The notes: generated from the sequence alone by a model not told the origin. A stretch of DNA of 64,000 bases from Pseudomonadota bacterium (GCA_041178425.1 JBEGVH010000030.1:224001-288000), one strand, 5' to 3'. Numbered from the stretch's first letter, positions 10,441 to 19,286 are shown. A program made the numbers and translations.

Positions 10441-11631
10441 ATGAAAAAACTACTCGCCGCTCTGTTATTCTCGAGTTTATTTTCACCCGTTGCTCACGGT
10501 GCCTACTTCACGGCCTACCTTCAGGGCACAAAACAATCTCATAGTGCTCCAACCCACATTATTGTTGCGGGAGTGGGAATGGAACTTGGTATGAGTCTCC
10601 AGTGGGCCGCCGTTTCCAAAGCAAAACGCTACAAAGATCTTTATCCCAACCACCAAGTATTTTTAATTGCCCACAGAGAAGATACGGTTAACGACAACCC
10701 AGTTAATAACTTCAACAAGCTTCCGGCTTGGGGTTTTAGACTCGAAAAATCATTCGATAAACTCTTTACTCAAAAAGGTTTGATCGATCAAATGGCGCAA
10801 TTTTCTCAAATCGCCTCCATTGACCTCTTCACTCATAACTCTCCTCACTACGGTGCGCAGCTCGAGAGTAAATACTACCGAATGACTCCTGAGAGCTCCG
10901 AAAACAACCGACTCGTTGGTCACTTTATGGACGATGCCTATGCTATTCTTCACGGATGCAACACAGGTTTTATTGTAGCTCCCGCTCTATCTAAAACTTG
11001 GGGAATTCCCGTGGCTGGAACTCTGGCCTCCACTGGTTTTGAATACCTTCACAAAGATGGTCAGTTCTACTTCAGTGGGGATGGCCGCGGAAGAGCTGGT
11101 CGCAATGACGTTTCATTTTCTGAGCCCATCAACTGTGAAAATGGCGCATGCTCGCGAATGAAGCCTGCCAATTTCACCTACGACGGAATTTGGGGTAATT
11201 TTGAAGGCGGTGGTCTAAATTTCTTCAAATTTTTCTGTGTCAAAAATAACTCTTCAAGCTGCTATAGAACAATGGCTAAATCACTCATTAGCTCTCTCTC
11301 CATTAAAGTGATTGGTGAGCGTCCGTCTTTAGAGGAGTATAAAGAAATACTTTTTGATTTCTTATGCACAAGCAGCTCTGGAGGAAAATTTCGCTCAATG
11401 TGTCGCCAGAATCTTGAGCGCTATCATGTCTCTAAAGTAGTTGGAAAGAACGGGTTCCAAGGCCGCCAAGTGCAGTGCTCATTTAAAGAATGCTTTGCCA
11501 AAGTGGAATGTTTCTCTTTCAACGGTCAATTGGTTCACCACACTTGCAGTGTAAAAAACAATTGGAATGGCCAAGTCGACACACTTGAGCGCGAATACGA
11601 AGCTTACCTCAAGGGTTACGATCTATTGTAG
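10441..11631 (+). CDS. Secreted Cys-rich hypothetical protein
   Basis: Start moved to ATG 10441 (GGAGA RBS; MKKLLAALL signal peptide). IDLFTH and LHGCNTG motifs. Confidence 0.7.
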   Translation: MKKLLAALLFSSLFSPVAHGAYFTAYLQGTKQSHSAPTHIIVAGVGMELGMSLQWAAVSKAKRYKDLYPNHQVFLIAHREDTVNDNPVNNFNKLPAWGFRLEKSFDKLFTQKGLIDQMAQFSQIASIDLFTHNSPHYGAQLESKYYRMTPESSENNRLVGHFMDDAYAILHGCNTGFIVAPALSKTWGIPVAGTLASTGFEYLHKDGQFYFSGDGRGRAGRNDVSFSEPINCENGACSRMKPANFTYDGIWGNFEGGGLNFFKFFCVKNNSSSCYRTMAKSLISSLSIKVIGERPSLEEYKEILFDFLCTSSSGGKFRSMCRQNLERYHVSKVVGKNGFQGRQVQCSFKECFAKVECFSFNGQLVHHTCSVKNNWNGQVDTLEREYEAYLKGYDLL

Positions 11632-11661
11632 TCGTCTCTAATGAGTAATTTAATCTTAAGT

Positions 11662-11689
11662 AAAGGGGGTACTACCCCCTTTTGTTTTT
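11662..11689. terminator. Bidirectional intrinsic terminator
   Basis: AAAGGGGGT-ACT-ACCCCCTTT plus T-tract, between convergent genes. Confidence 0.7.
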
Positions 11690-12641
11690 AGAGAGCATTT
11701 AGCTCTGCAATAAATTTTTTCACCTCGCCCATAAAAGCAGAAATTATCTCGGGCTTGTCAGGTTGGATATGCGCGCCCGGGAGGGTGACTAGTTTTTTAG
11801 GTTCTTTCAAATTATCAAAGAGGCCGCTTTGCGATTGCGGAGGAAAAACCGTATCGCTCTCACCGTTAACAACTAAGAACGGCCCCTTCAGGTGAGACAC
11901 ATGATTTTTTGGTTCTAAAAACCAGGTTTGCTGTCGAATAACTAACTTAGAAACCTCTAATTCATTAGAACCCATATTTTTTATTAGCTCACCACCAATA
12001 ACCTCAGCGATGTCGACACCACCATAACCAAATACCGTCGCGCGAGAGAAGTAGCCTTCTTGGTTGAGAAATCTCTGCGCCAATGGATAAAACAAAGTAC
12101 CAAAGCTCACTGTGATGACATTAATTTTTTTATTGTCGATATAGGGTTGTTGATGTAGCCACGCCAAGCCCACACTCATAAGCAGTGGAATCATTTGCAT
12201 GCGGGTCCAATCCCACTGAACTAAACCATTATTATTTTTAAACGGCCAAGGATACTGAAACCCAACATAGACGGAGTTTTCTGGATCGCCAACGAGATTG
12301 ATTGCGTCACTCCCTGTTTGAAAGCCCGTAAAGAGGACTAATGCCGAGAGTGGAGGGCGAAAAGTACTCGGAAACTTCATGACCATGGAAATCTCGGGAT
12401 AACCTTCTGCTTTGAGGCGAACAGTTTGTAAAACAAACTTTGAAGATGTCTTATTTTCGATTGCGCTCACCACAAATTTTGGTAAGCCCTCGGTGACTTT
12501 ATAAAACTGTTTAATTTTATCGAACGACTCTTCTGTCGAAGGGTCGGCAGGCATTGGCGGTACATCCAATTTTTTTCCATAAACCTTAAACCCTAAACCG
12601 CAAACCAAAACAAAAGTGCAAAAAAACTTAACTTTGCTCAT
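11688..12641 (-). CDS. Secreted alpha/beta-hydrolase-fold protein
   Basis: Signal peptide; VITVSFG nucleophile-elbow-like Ser, VNGESDTVFP Asp, LPGAH His. Confidence 0.65.
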   Translation of the reverse strand: MSKVKFFCTFVLVCGLGFKVYGKKLDVPPMPADPSTEESFDKIKQFYKVTEGLPKFVVSAIENKTSSKFVLQTVRLKAEGYPEISMVMKFPSTFRPPLSALVLFTGFQTGSDAINLVGDPENSVYVGFQYPWPFKNNNGLVQWDWTRMQMIPLLMSVGLAWLHQQPYIDNKKINVITVSFGTLFYPLAQRFLNQEGYFSRATVFGYGGVDIAEVIGGELIKNMGSNELEVSKLVIRQQTWFLEPKNHVSHLKGPFLVVNGESDTVFPPQSQSGLFDNLKEPKKLVTLPGAHIQPDKPEIISAFMGEVKKFIAELNAL

Positions 12642-12732
12642 GGGAACAGACTACCAAAACTCCCTCCCAACGAGTCTCTAAAAACATCTCCACTTTCTCT
12701 TTTTCACCACACCAGCCAAAAAAAGGCTCACC

Positions 12733-12929
12733 CCCTGTAGGCCGCACAAGCCGATGACGACGCCAACGACGATGCCAACGACGAGGACGGCACCTCCTCC
12801 GCATCATTTTTCGCTCCAGAATCGCCGTCATCGAGGCGGCGAGGAAGAGGCGCGGAGGCCTACTCCCTGTAGGCCGCACAAGCCGATGACGATGCCAACG
12901 ACGAGGACGGCGATTCTGGAGCGAAAAAT
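12733..12929. repeat. GC-rich REP/REPIN-like composite repeat (GTAG type)
   Basis: Direct repeat CCCTGTAGGCCGCACAAGCCGATGACGA...GCCAACGACGAGGACGGC at 12733-12791 and 12865-12911. Perfect 24-bp inverted repeat 12806-12829/12906-12929. GTAGGCC (12737)...GGCCTAC (12857). Confidence 0.75.
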
Positions 12930-13163
12930 AGATTTGCCCTGAGGGTGGCGTTCCCCCAGGGCGGGCTTAAGAGTCGAGGTCTGTGGGCGACGACTCAAAA
13001 AACTCTTTAAATTTCTATCAGGGAAGGTTAGAGCGTCGTCATTCTGATGTTCGCTCTCAAGATGCTTTTTCCCTATCAATTTTTTTACGCCACTCTAACC
13101 CTCGAGGTAGAAATGCTCCAAGTTAGCGCCCATGAGTAAGCACAGGTGCTTAGAGCGATCGAC

Positions 13164-13991
13164 CTAGGCAAGCAACTTCAGGGCCACCGCTGGCAACTGA
13201 TTAGCTTGGGCCAAGACAGACACGGCGGATTGCTGCAATATATTTGCAGAGGCCATTTCTGCTGACTCCCGAGCTACGTCGGTGTCGCGAATTCGAGAAT
13301 TCGCAGCACTTAAGTTCTCGTGTTGCACATCTAAGTTACTCACGGTTGCAAATAATCTATTTTGAATGGCACCAAAATTCGCTCTCATCGATCCAATTTT
13401 TACGAGAGCGTCATCGACAACTTCCAATGTATCGCGGGCTCCACCTTTGTCGGATATATCAAGATCAGAGATACCAATGGCTTTAGCTGTGGCATCTGTT
13501 GAGAGATCGTAGGAGACTCTGTTTTCGTTTCCACTAAAGGCTCCCACATGAAATTCCATTTTTCCGCCAGAACCATCGAGGAGAGTTTTTGCTCCAAATC
13601 GGGTGGTTTTAGCGATTCGATCTGATTCTTGAACGAGATGCTTTACTTCTTGATTGAGAAATCCTCGTTCGGTTTCACCAATGTTGTCGCTGGCCGCCTG
13701 GATTCCCAGTTCGCGCAAACGAATGAGGATATTACTAATCTCATTGAGGCCGCCCTCAGAGATTTGGATAGCCGATCCAGCGTTGTAGGCATTATTTCGG
13801 GCCTGACTTATCCCCCGAATCTGCCCTTTCAAGCTTTCCGAAATCGACAAACCTGCTGCATCATCGGCGGCATTAACGATTCGACTGCCCGATGACAATG
13901 CTTGAGCCGCATGTTCCGCCCGCTTCTGCTGGTTACTTAAAACCCGCTGGGCGCTAATCGACGCCATGTTAGTGTTTATTCTTAAGCCCAT
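13164..13991 (-). CDS. fliC: Flagellin (275 aa)
   Basis: MGLRINTN, LSSGSRIVNAADDAAGL, RANFGAIQNRL, SRIRDTDVA and LAQANQ motifs; AGGAGG RBS. Confidence 0.96.
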   Translation of the reverse strand: MGLRINTNMASISAQRVLSNQQKRAEHAAQALSSGSRIVNAADDAAGLSISESLKGQIRGISQARNNAYNAGSAIQISEGGLNEISNILIRLRELGIQAASDNIGETERGFLNQEVKHLVQESDRIAKTTRFGAKTLLDGSGGKMEFHVGAFSGNENRVSYDLSTDATAKAIGISDLDISDKGGARDTLEVVDDALVKIGSMRANFGAIQNRLFATVSNLDVQHENLSAANSRIRDTDVARESAEMASANILQQSAVSVLAQANQLPAVALKLLA

Positions 13992-14185
13992 ATGTTGATC
14001 TCCTCCTTCAGAGATTTAGCGATACCTTGCCGACCGAGAATTCCACAGCTCTCGAGCGACAAGCGTGTTCGATGAACACAAAATTGTTTTTGTTTATGTG
14101 TTGAGAAGAGATCTTGGGATTTGCTACTCGTTGTTACTGCTGAACGAGGAGTTTTCCGTTGAGGTCTTCGTCATGCACGTATTAC

Positions 14186-14212
14186 TTCTCGGCGAAGGTC
14201 CAGGAAACTTTA
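14186..14212 (-). promoter_or_regulatory. sigma28 (FliA) promoter of the first flagellin
   Basis: Minus strand TAAA-N15-GCCGAGAA versus consensus TAAA-N15-GCCGATAA; implies a leader of about 190 nt. Confidence 0.85.
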
Positions 14213-14296
14213 GGGCCAAAGTCTAGGTTTTTTTGGGCGCAGCGCATCTTGTGATTGAAATGACTAACTTTTGAATTGAAAAATATTTTAGCCAAA

Positions 14297-14327
14297 GGTC
14301 TAGGTCTAGCTCGACTAGACCTAGACC
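14297..14327. repeat. Perfect 13-bp inverted repeat (terminator or operator)
   Basis: GGTCTAGGTCTAG-CTCGA-CTAGACCTAGACC between the two flagellins. Confidence 0.7.
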
Positions 14328-14368
14328 AAGGTGGGTTGGGGCGCTACAAAAATTGATTAGAAATTATT

Positions 14369-15196
14369 CTAATCGAGCAGTCTCAGTGCTGACTGCTCCA
14401 AGATGTTAGCTTGAGAGAGAACTGCGATCTGATATTGAGTTTGAATTTTTCCTTTTGTCATTTTTGTAACGGCATCAGCAACATCGGTATCCGCCATTTT
14501 TGATCGCGCCTCTTCAATGCTGATTTCATGCGACAAGAGATGATCGACAGCATGCTGAAGTCTCGACTGAAGCGAGCCAAAAGAGGCACGAGCGACTCCT
14601 ATTTTGGAAAGTGCTTCATCAAGATCTGCGATGGCGTCAACAGCATCGTCCTTGTCGGCAAGGCCTAAGTGGTTGAGCCCCAGCGAATCAGAGGAAGTAT
14701 TGGCTTCGAGAGAATAGGAAATTTTATTTTCTTTCCCTCCGTAGGCGCCCACTTGGAATTCAAATTTTTTTCCACTACCAATGAGCAACTTGTTTGATCC
14801 GAACTGGGTGGTTTTTGATACTCGATCTACTTCACTGCTCAGTTGCTGAAACTCATCGTTGAGCATTTGGCGTTCAACATCAGACACGGTGTCACTGGCT
14901 GCTTGGATGGCCAATTCTCGCAGACGAATAATAATATTATTTTGTTCGTTAAGCCCGCCTTCGGCCACTTGAATAAGCGAAATCGCATTGTCAGCATTCA
15001 AACGTGAGGCCCTAAGGCCACTCGCTTGTCCGCGCAAATGTTCGGAAATGGAAAAACTCGCAGGATCTTCATCGGAAGTGGCCAAGCGTGAGCCCGATGC
15101 TAATTGAGCCATGGCGCGATTGGTCTCGGCCTGGCTGCCTCTCATGTATTTAATAGCCGACAAAGCAGCCATGTTAGTGCCTATGCGAAGGCCCAT
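14369..15196 (-). CDS. fliC: Divergent flagellin paralogue (275 aa)
   Basis: Start moved to ATG 15196 (GGAGGG RBS; MGLRIGTN). QVAEGGLNE, RLRELAIQAASDT, RASFGSLQSRL and DTDVA motifs. Confidence 0.92.
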   Translation of the reverse strand: MGLRIGTNMAALSAIKYMRGSQAETNRAMAQLASGSRLATSDEDPASFSISEHLRGQASGLRASRLNADNAISLIQVAEGGLNEQNNIIIRLRELAIQAASDTVSDVERQMLNDEFQQLSSEVDRVSKTTQFGSNKLLIGSGKKFEFQVGAYGGKENKISYSLEANTSSDSLGLNHLGLADKDDAVDAIADLDEALSKIGVARASFGSLQSRLQHAVDHLLSHEISIEEARSKMADTDVADAVTKMTKGKIQTQYQIAVLSQANILEQSALRLLD

Positions 15197-15400
15197 TGGA
15201 ATCCCTCCTACGTTGTCTGTTGCCCAACAGATCAAGGTGAGGGTCGCCCACAGAATTTAAACTCTCGTTCAGCAGTAAGGTCCATAGTATTGCTGCGCAT
15301 TGTTATTGTAAATAAGTTTTATATGCACCCCGTTAAGTAAATGAAATCTATTTGGAATTTATTTACCAAAAAGAAACAACGTCTTCACTATGCAGAAAGC

Positions 15401-15560
15401 CTCTCCCTCTTTGCGGGGTAATTAAAACAGCGATAACTTCGGGACGGCCATTCCATGGCCTCCGCCGGCGTGGCCTGCCCCGTTGGGGCAAGGCCAACAC
15501 ATCACGTTCGCCGGAGCCCGAATTTCTTCGCTGTTTTAATTACCCAACTAAGAGGGAGAG
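15401..15560. repeat. 160-bp palindromic MITE/REP-like element
   Basis: Terminal inverted repeats 15401-15411/15550-15560 and a perfect 18-bp pair 15416-15433/15528-15545. Internal hairpins GGCCATTCCATGGCC and TGGCCTGCCCC-GTT-GGGGCAAGGCCA. Confidence 0.8.
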
Positions 15561-15586
15561 ATGCCTGCGTTTTGGCTAAACTTAGA

Positions 15587-16336
15587 TTAAGCTTCGATAA
15601 AGCTGCCGCCTTGATCATCGAGCTTATAAACGGAGGTGCGATTATTGAGCCAACTGCCAAGATTGACAGATTTAATGACTCGGTTTTCAAATTCGAACGA
15701 GTATTCATCGAGAACATGAAAGTGGCCTGTGATAACAAACTGAGAGCGATCTCGATCGGCAATCGCGCGAGCGTATTCGCGAGAAAGAAGTCGTAAATAG
15801 TCTTGTTGGTCTTGCCGTTGCACACGACTTTTTTTGGAAGAGGCTTTACTCATTTGAGTTCCAACCCAATCCCAGAACCCGCCGGGAAGAGTGTGGGCCA
15901 ACTTCTGCATAAACGGAGAGCGAATTTTCTTTCGATACTTCAAGTAAGCTTCATCGCGCAAATTGATTTCATCCCCATGAGCCATATGAACAATCCAGGG
16001 CCCCATAGGCATTGATAGAGGGCCGGTTAAAACCGTGGCGCCCATCTTTTGCTCCCAAAAAGGGGCAATATGAACATCGTGATTACCTTCAAAGTAGATA
16101 AGTTGAAGACGGTGTTTTTTGGTGAGAGACTCAATGGCCTTAATAATTGGATTCCATCGTTTCACAAAAACTTCGTGATCGCTGATCCAGAGATCAAAAA
16201 TATCACCCAAAAAACACAGATGCGTTACCGATCCTTGGGGTTGCTGCCACAACGAAAGCAAAAAGCGCAACAGCTTTTGACTGTTGCGCTCTTCCATCGA
16301 TTTTAAATGTAGATCTGAAATAAAGTAAGCCTGCAA
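15587..16336 (-). CDS. lpxH: UDP-2,3-diacylglucosamine diphosphatase (metallophosphoesterase)
   Basis: FISDLHL, LGDIFD, EGNHD, HGD, GHFH and NLGSW motifs. Confidence 0.88.
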   Translation of the reverse strand: MQAYFISDLHLKSMEERNSQKLLRFLLSLWQQPQGSVTHLCFLGDIFDLWISDHEVFVKRWNPIIKAIESLTKKHRLQLIYFEGNHDVHIAPFWEQKMGATVLTGPLSMPMGPWIVHMAHGDEINLRDEAYLKYRKKIRSPFMQKLAHTLPGGFWDWVGTQMSKASSKKSRVQRQDQQDYLRLLSREYARAIADRDRSQFVITGHFHVLDEYSFEFENRVIKSVNLGSWLNNRTSVYKLDDQGGSFIEA

Positions 16337-16348
16337 ATCAGTTCCCTA

Positions 16349-17902
16349 TTACTTTTTGTCGGCGTCTGCCTCGTATCCTTGTTGTTTACGACGTAAAAAA
16401 GCAGGAACCTCAAAATTCTGTGAAAAAGGATTTCTCAGTGCCTCTCGCGCCAGTCGCCGAGCTTCTTCAAGAGCCGCTTCGTCCATATTGACTCCACTGC
16501 CTTCAGTTCCGCGAGTTCTAACATCCTGAGTTTCACGAAAAGATCTCGCCTTAGCAATTAATAAATCTCTCGGAAGGCCTCCTGACTCAGTTGGCTGGGC
16601 ATTTTCCTGAATTTTTCTTTGAGCGTCAACAGGCTCGCTCGCAACAAGTGTCTCTGCGGGAGGCATCACTGGCTGGTGAGTCATCGGCTGAAGGCCTTGA
16701 GTCATCATTGGTTGGGACATCATTGGTTGAGCGATGTGTTGTTGATATGTTTGATTCGGCATCTGCGGCTGTGTTGGCATTACCTGTTGAGTCACAGGGT
16801 GAATCATTGTCTGCATCGGTTGAGACATTGGATTCATCATGGGCGCAGGGGCTGCTTGTTGTGCGTTGACAACGGGTTGTGCCGGTTGGCGATGAAGAAA
16901 GTCTTGCATTTGCTGAGCAAGATGCTGACCAGCTTCTTTTTGTTGGCTGTATTCAAAACCGGTTGCAATAACAGTAACACGAATTTCGTCGCCCAGAGTA
17001 TCATCGATAACCGCTCCAAAGATAACTTCTGCATCTTCATGGGCTGATTCGGTAATAAGCGTAGACGCTTCGTTAACTTCGTAAAGGCTAAGATCTGGTC
17101 CACCGGTCACATTGATGATAATGCCTGTGGCTCCATCAATGGAAATGTTCTCAAGAAGTGGAGAAGAGATAGCGGCTGTAGCAGCTTCAACAGCGCGATT
17201 TTCTCCGCGAGCACTTCCTGTGCCCATAAGAGCAATGCCTCGGCTAGACATTACGGTGCGGATATCAGCAAAGTCGAGGTTGATTAAACCACGAATATTA
17301 ATAAGGTCAGAAATCCCTTTAACTGCTTGAAGTAGTACTTCGTCTGCTTTTTTAAAGGTCTCAAGGAGTGGAGTTCGTTCAGAAGAAATGCTGAGTAGTT
17401 TTTGGTTAGGAATAACAATAAGTGTATCAACATTTTCTTTTAACTCTTGAAGTCCAAGATCAGCGTGTTTCTGACGCTTTTTACCTTCAAAAACAAAAGG
17501 CTTCGTTACAACACCAATAGTAAGGGCGCCAAGTTCTCGAGCGATTTTTGCAACCACAGGAGCTCCACCCGTTCCGGTTCCGCCACCCATACCAGCGGTA
17601 ACAAAAACCATGTCGGCGCCTTCAATTTTTTCAACGATATCATTATAAGATTCAATGGCCGCGCGACGACCGATGTCTGGATTAGCTCCAGCGCCGAGTC
17701 CCTTTGTGAGCTCAGAGCCTAATTGAATACGATTCTTCGCTTTATGAGCAGCAAGGGCCTGACGATCAGTATTGGCCACAATAAATTCAACGCCATTCAT
17801 ACCTGAATCGATCATTGTTGAAACGGCGTTATTACCACCGCCACCAACGCCAACAACTTTAATATTTGCACCGATATTGATATTTTCTTCTAGCTCAAAC
17901 AT
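16349..17902 (-). CDS. ftsZ: Cell division GTPase FtsZ with long Q/P/M-rich linker
   Basis: GGGTGTG signature, INLDFAD, C-terminal peptide FEVPAFLRR. Confidence 0.98.
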   Translation of the reverse strand: MFELEENINIGANIKVVGVGGGGNNAVSTMIDSGMNGVEFIVANTDRQALAAHKAKNRIQLGSELTKGLGAGANPDIGRRAAIESYNDIVEKIEGADMVFVTAGMGGGTGTGGAPVVAKIARELGALTIGVVTKPFVFEGKKRQKHADLGLQELKENVDTLIVIPNQKLLSISSERTPLLETFKKADEVLLQAVKGISDLINIRGLINLDFADIRTVMSSRGIALMGTGSARGENRAVEAATAAISSPLLENISIDGATGIIINVTGGPDLSLYEVNEASTLITESAHEDAEVIFGAVIDDTLGDEIRVTVIATGFEYSQQKEAGQHLAQQMQDFLHRQPAQPVVNAQQAAPAPMMNPMSQPMQTMIHPVTQQVMPTQPQMPNQTYQQHIAQPMMSQPMMTQGLQPMTHQPVMPPAETLVASEPVDAQRKIQENAQPTESGGLPRDLLIAKARSFRETQDVRTRGTEGSGVNMDEAALEEARRLAREALRNPFSQNFEVPAFLRRKQQGYEADADKK

Positions 17903-17917
17903 GATCCCTCCCGAATC

Positions 17918-19165
17918 CTAAAATATTTTTCCAAAAAATCCCTTTATTTGGCGAGCTGCTTGGGTCAATGCGACACTCAAGTCCTCATTTTTAGAGCCAA
18001 TTGTTTTTTGCCTATATTGTTCATAGCCATAAAGTACGAGACCCACGGCTGTTGCGTAACCAGGAGAGCGCACAATTTCTGTGAGCCCACCCACTTTTGA
18101 TGGAATTCCACGACGAACTGGTACGTCGAAAATGAATTCGCCCATTTCAACTAAACCTTCTAGCTCACTGCATCCACCGGTTAGCACTACTCCCGCCCCT
18201 AAAAAGGGCTGAAGTCCACTTTGCTGAATGTCTCTAGCAATCATTTGCAAGATTTCATCAGCTCGTGGTTCGATGACTTCCGCAAGATCTCTGCGTCGCA
18301 GGGTTCTTGCTTTTCTTCCGCCGACTCCTTCGACTTCGATATTTTCATCATCTTTTACCAAGCTCACAAGGGCACATCCGTATTTCTTTTTAATCTCTTC
18401 AGCCGCTAGCTGAGGAGTACGGAGCCCAATCGCAATATCTTGGGTAAAATGCTGTCCGCCAATCGGAAGCACAGACGTATGAGCGACGTGTCCATTAATA
18501 AAGTAGAGCAGATTTGTTGTACCACCACCTATATCAACAACACACACACCGAGATTTTTTTCGTCGGGACTCAAGACGGCAAGGGACGCGGCCAAAGGAT
18601 CAAGAACCATCCCCGCCACACGAAGCCCTGCTTTTTCTGCACACTTAGTTGCATTTTGAAGAGTCGTTAAGCCTCCGGTCACTAGGTGAATCGAAGCCTC
18701 AAGTCGCACGCCGCTCATTCCAATCGGGTCCCAAATTCCATCGGTACCATCGATTTTGAAATCACGAGGAAGAACGTGGAGTAAGTTTCTATCTGTTGGC
18801 ACAGCAACGGCTCGTGCCGCCTCAAGAACCCGATCGACATCCTGCTGGTTGACCTCTTTGTTCTTGATGGCCACCATTCCTCGTGAATTAAAGCTTTTAA
18901 TATGAGTGCCTGAAACACCAACCCAAACATCTTTGAGGCTGTAACCAGACATTAATTCACACTCTTCTTTGGCTTTTAAGATGGCTGCCGTTGTAGCTTC
19001 AATATTAACTACGACACCCTGACGAATTCCTGTGTTTGGAGCAGTTCCGATACCAGCGATATTTAGCCCACCATCTTTATTTAGATTGGCGGCCAATGCG
19101 ACAACTCTGGTTGATCCAATATCAAGACCCGCAAATAGCGGCGTTTGAAGCTTTGGCTTACTCAT
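17918..19165 (-). CDS. ftsA: Cell division protein FtsA
   Basis: GLDIGST, VDIGGGTT and GVVLTGG motifs; probable start ATG 19165; directly upstream of ftsZ. Confidence 0.96.
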   Translation of the reverse strand: MSKPKLQTPLFAGLDIGSTRVVALAANLNKDGGLNIAGIGTAPNTGIRQGVVVNIEATTAAILKAKEECELMSGYSLKDVWVGVSGTHIKSFNSRGMVAIKNKEVNQQDVDRVLEAARAVAVPTDRNLLHVLPRDFKIDGTDGIWDPIGMSGVRLEASIHLVTGGLTTLQNATKCAEKAGLRVAGMVLDPLAASLAVLSPDEKNLGVCVVDIGGGTTNLLYFINGHVAHTSVLPIGGQHFTQDIAIGLRTPQLAAEEIKKKYGCALVSLVKDDENIEVEGVGGRKARTLRRRDLAEVIEPRADEILQMIARDIQQSGLQPFLGAGVVLTGGCSELEGLVEMGEFIFDVPVRRGIPSKVGGLTEIVRSPGYATAVGLVLYGYEQYRQKTIGSKNEDLSVALTQAARQIKGFFGKIF

Positions 19166-19286
19166 CCTTAAGTCCTTTGTAGAGTGAAACTGATAACTCT
19201 CAACAAATCCGTCGTTGGAGTGTATCAATCCGTTTTTAAGAACTCGACTTTAGTTTTTAGACTTTTGTCGAACCCTATCTATAAGG

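Noticed and set aside
12733..12911. Possible mini CRISPR array
   Set aside because: Only two unequal repeat copies, the intervening DNA is itself part of an inverted repeat, and there are no cas genes.
12628..13079. Short ORFs 12628-12879, 12754-12942 and 12828-13079
   Set aside because: They are translations of the GC-rich repeat and structured trailer, with repetitive peptides and no RBS.
13992..14185. c-di-GMP or other known riboswitch in the flagellin leader
   Set aside because: No GEMM consensus was recognised by eye; a cmscan run would be needed.
15352..15825. ORFs 15352-15579, 15455-15796 and 15502-15825
   Set aside because: They overlap the palindromic element or lpxH and show no protein motifs.
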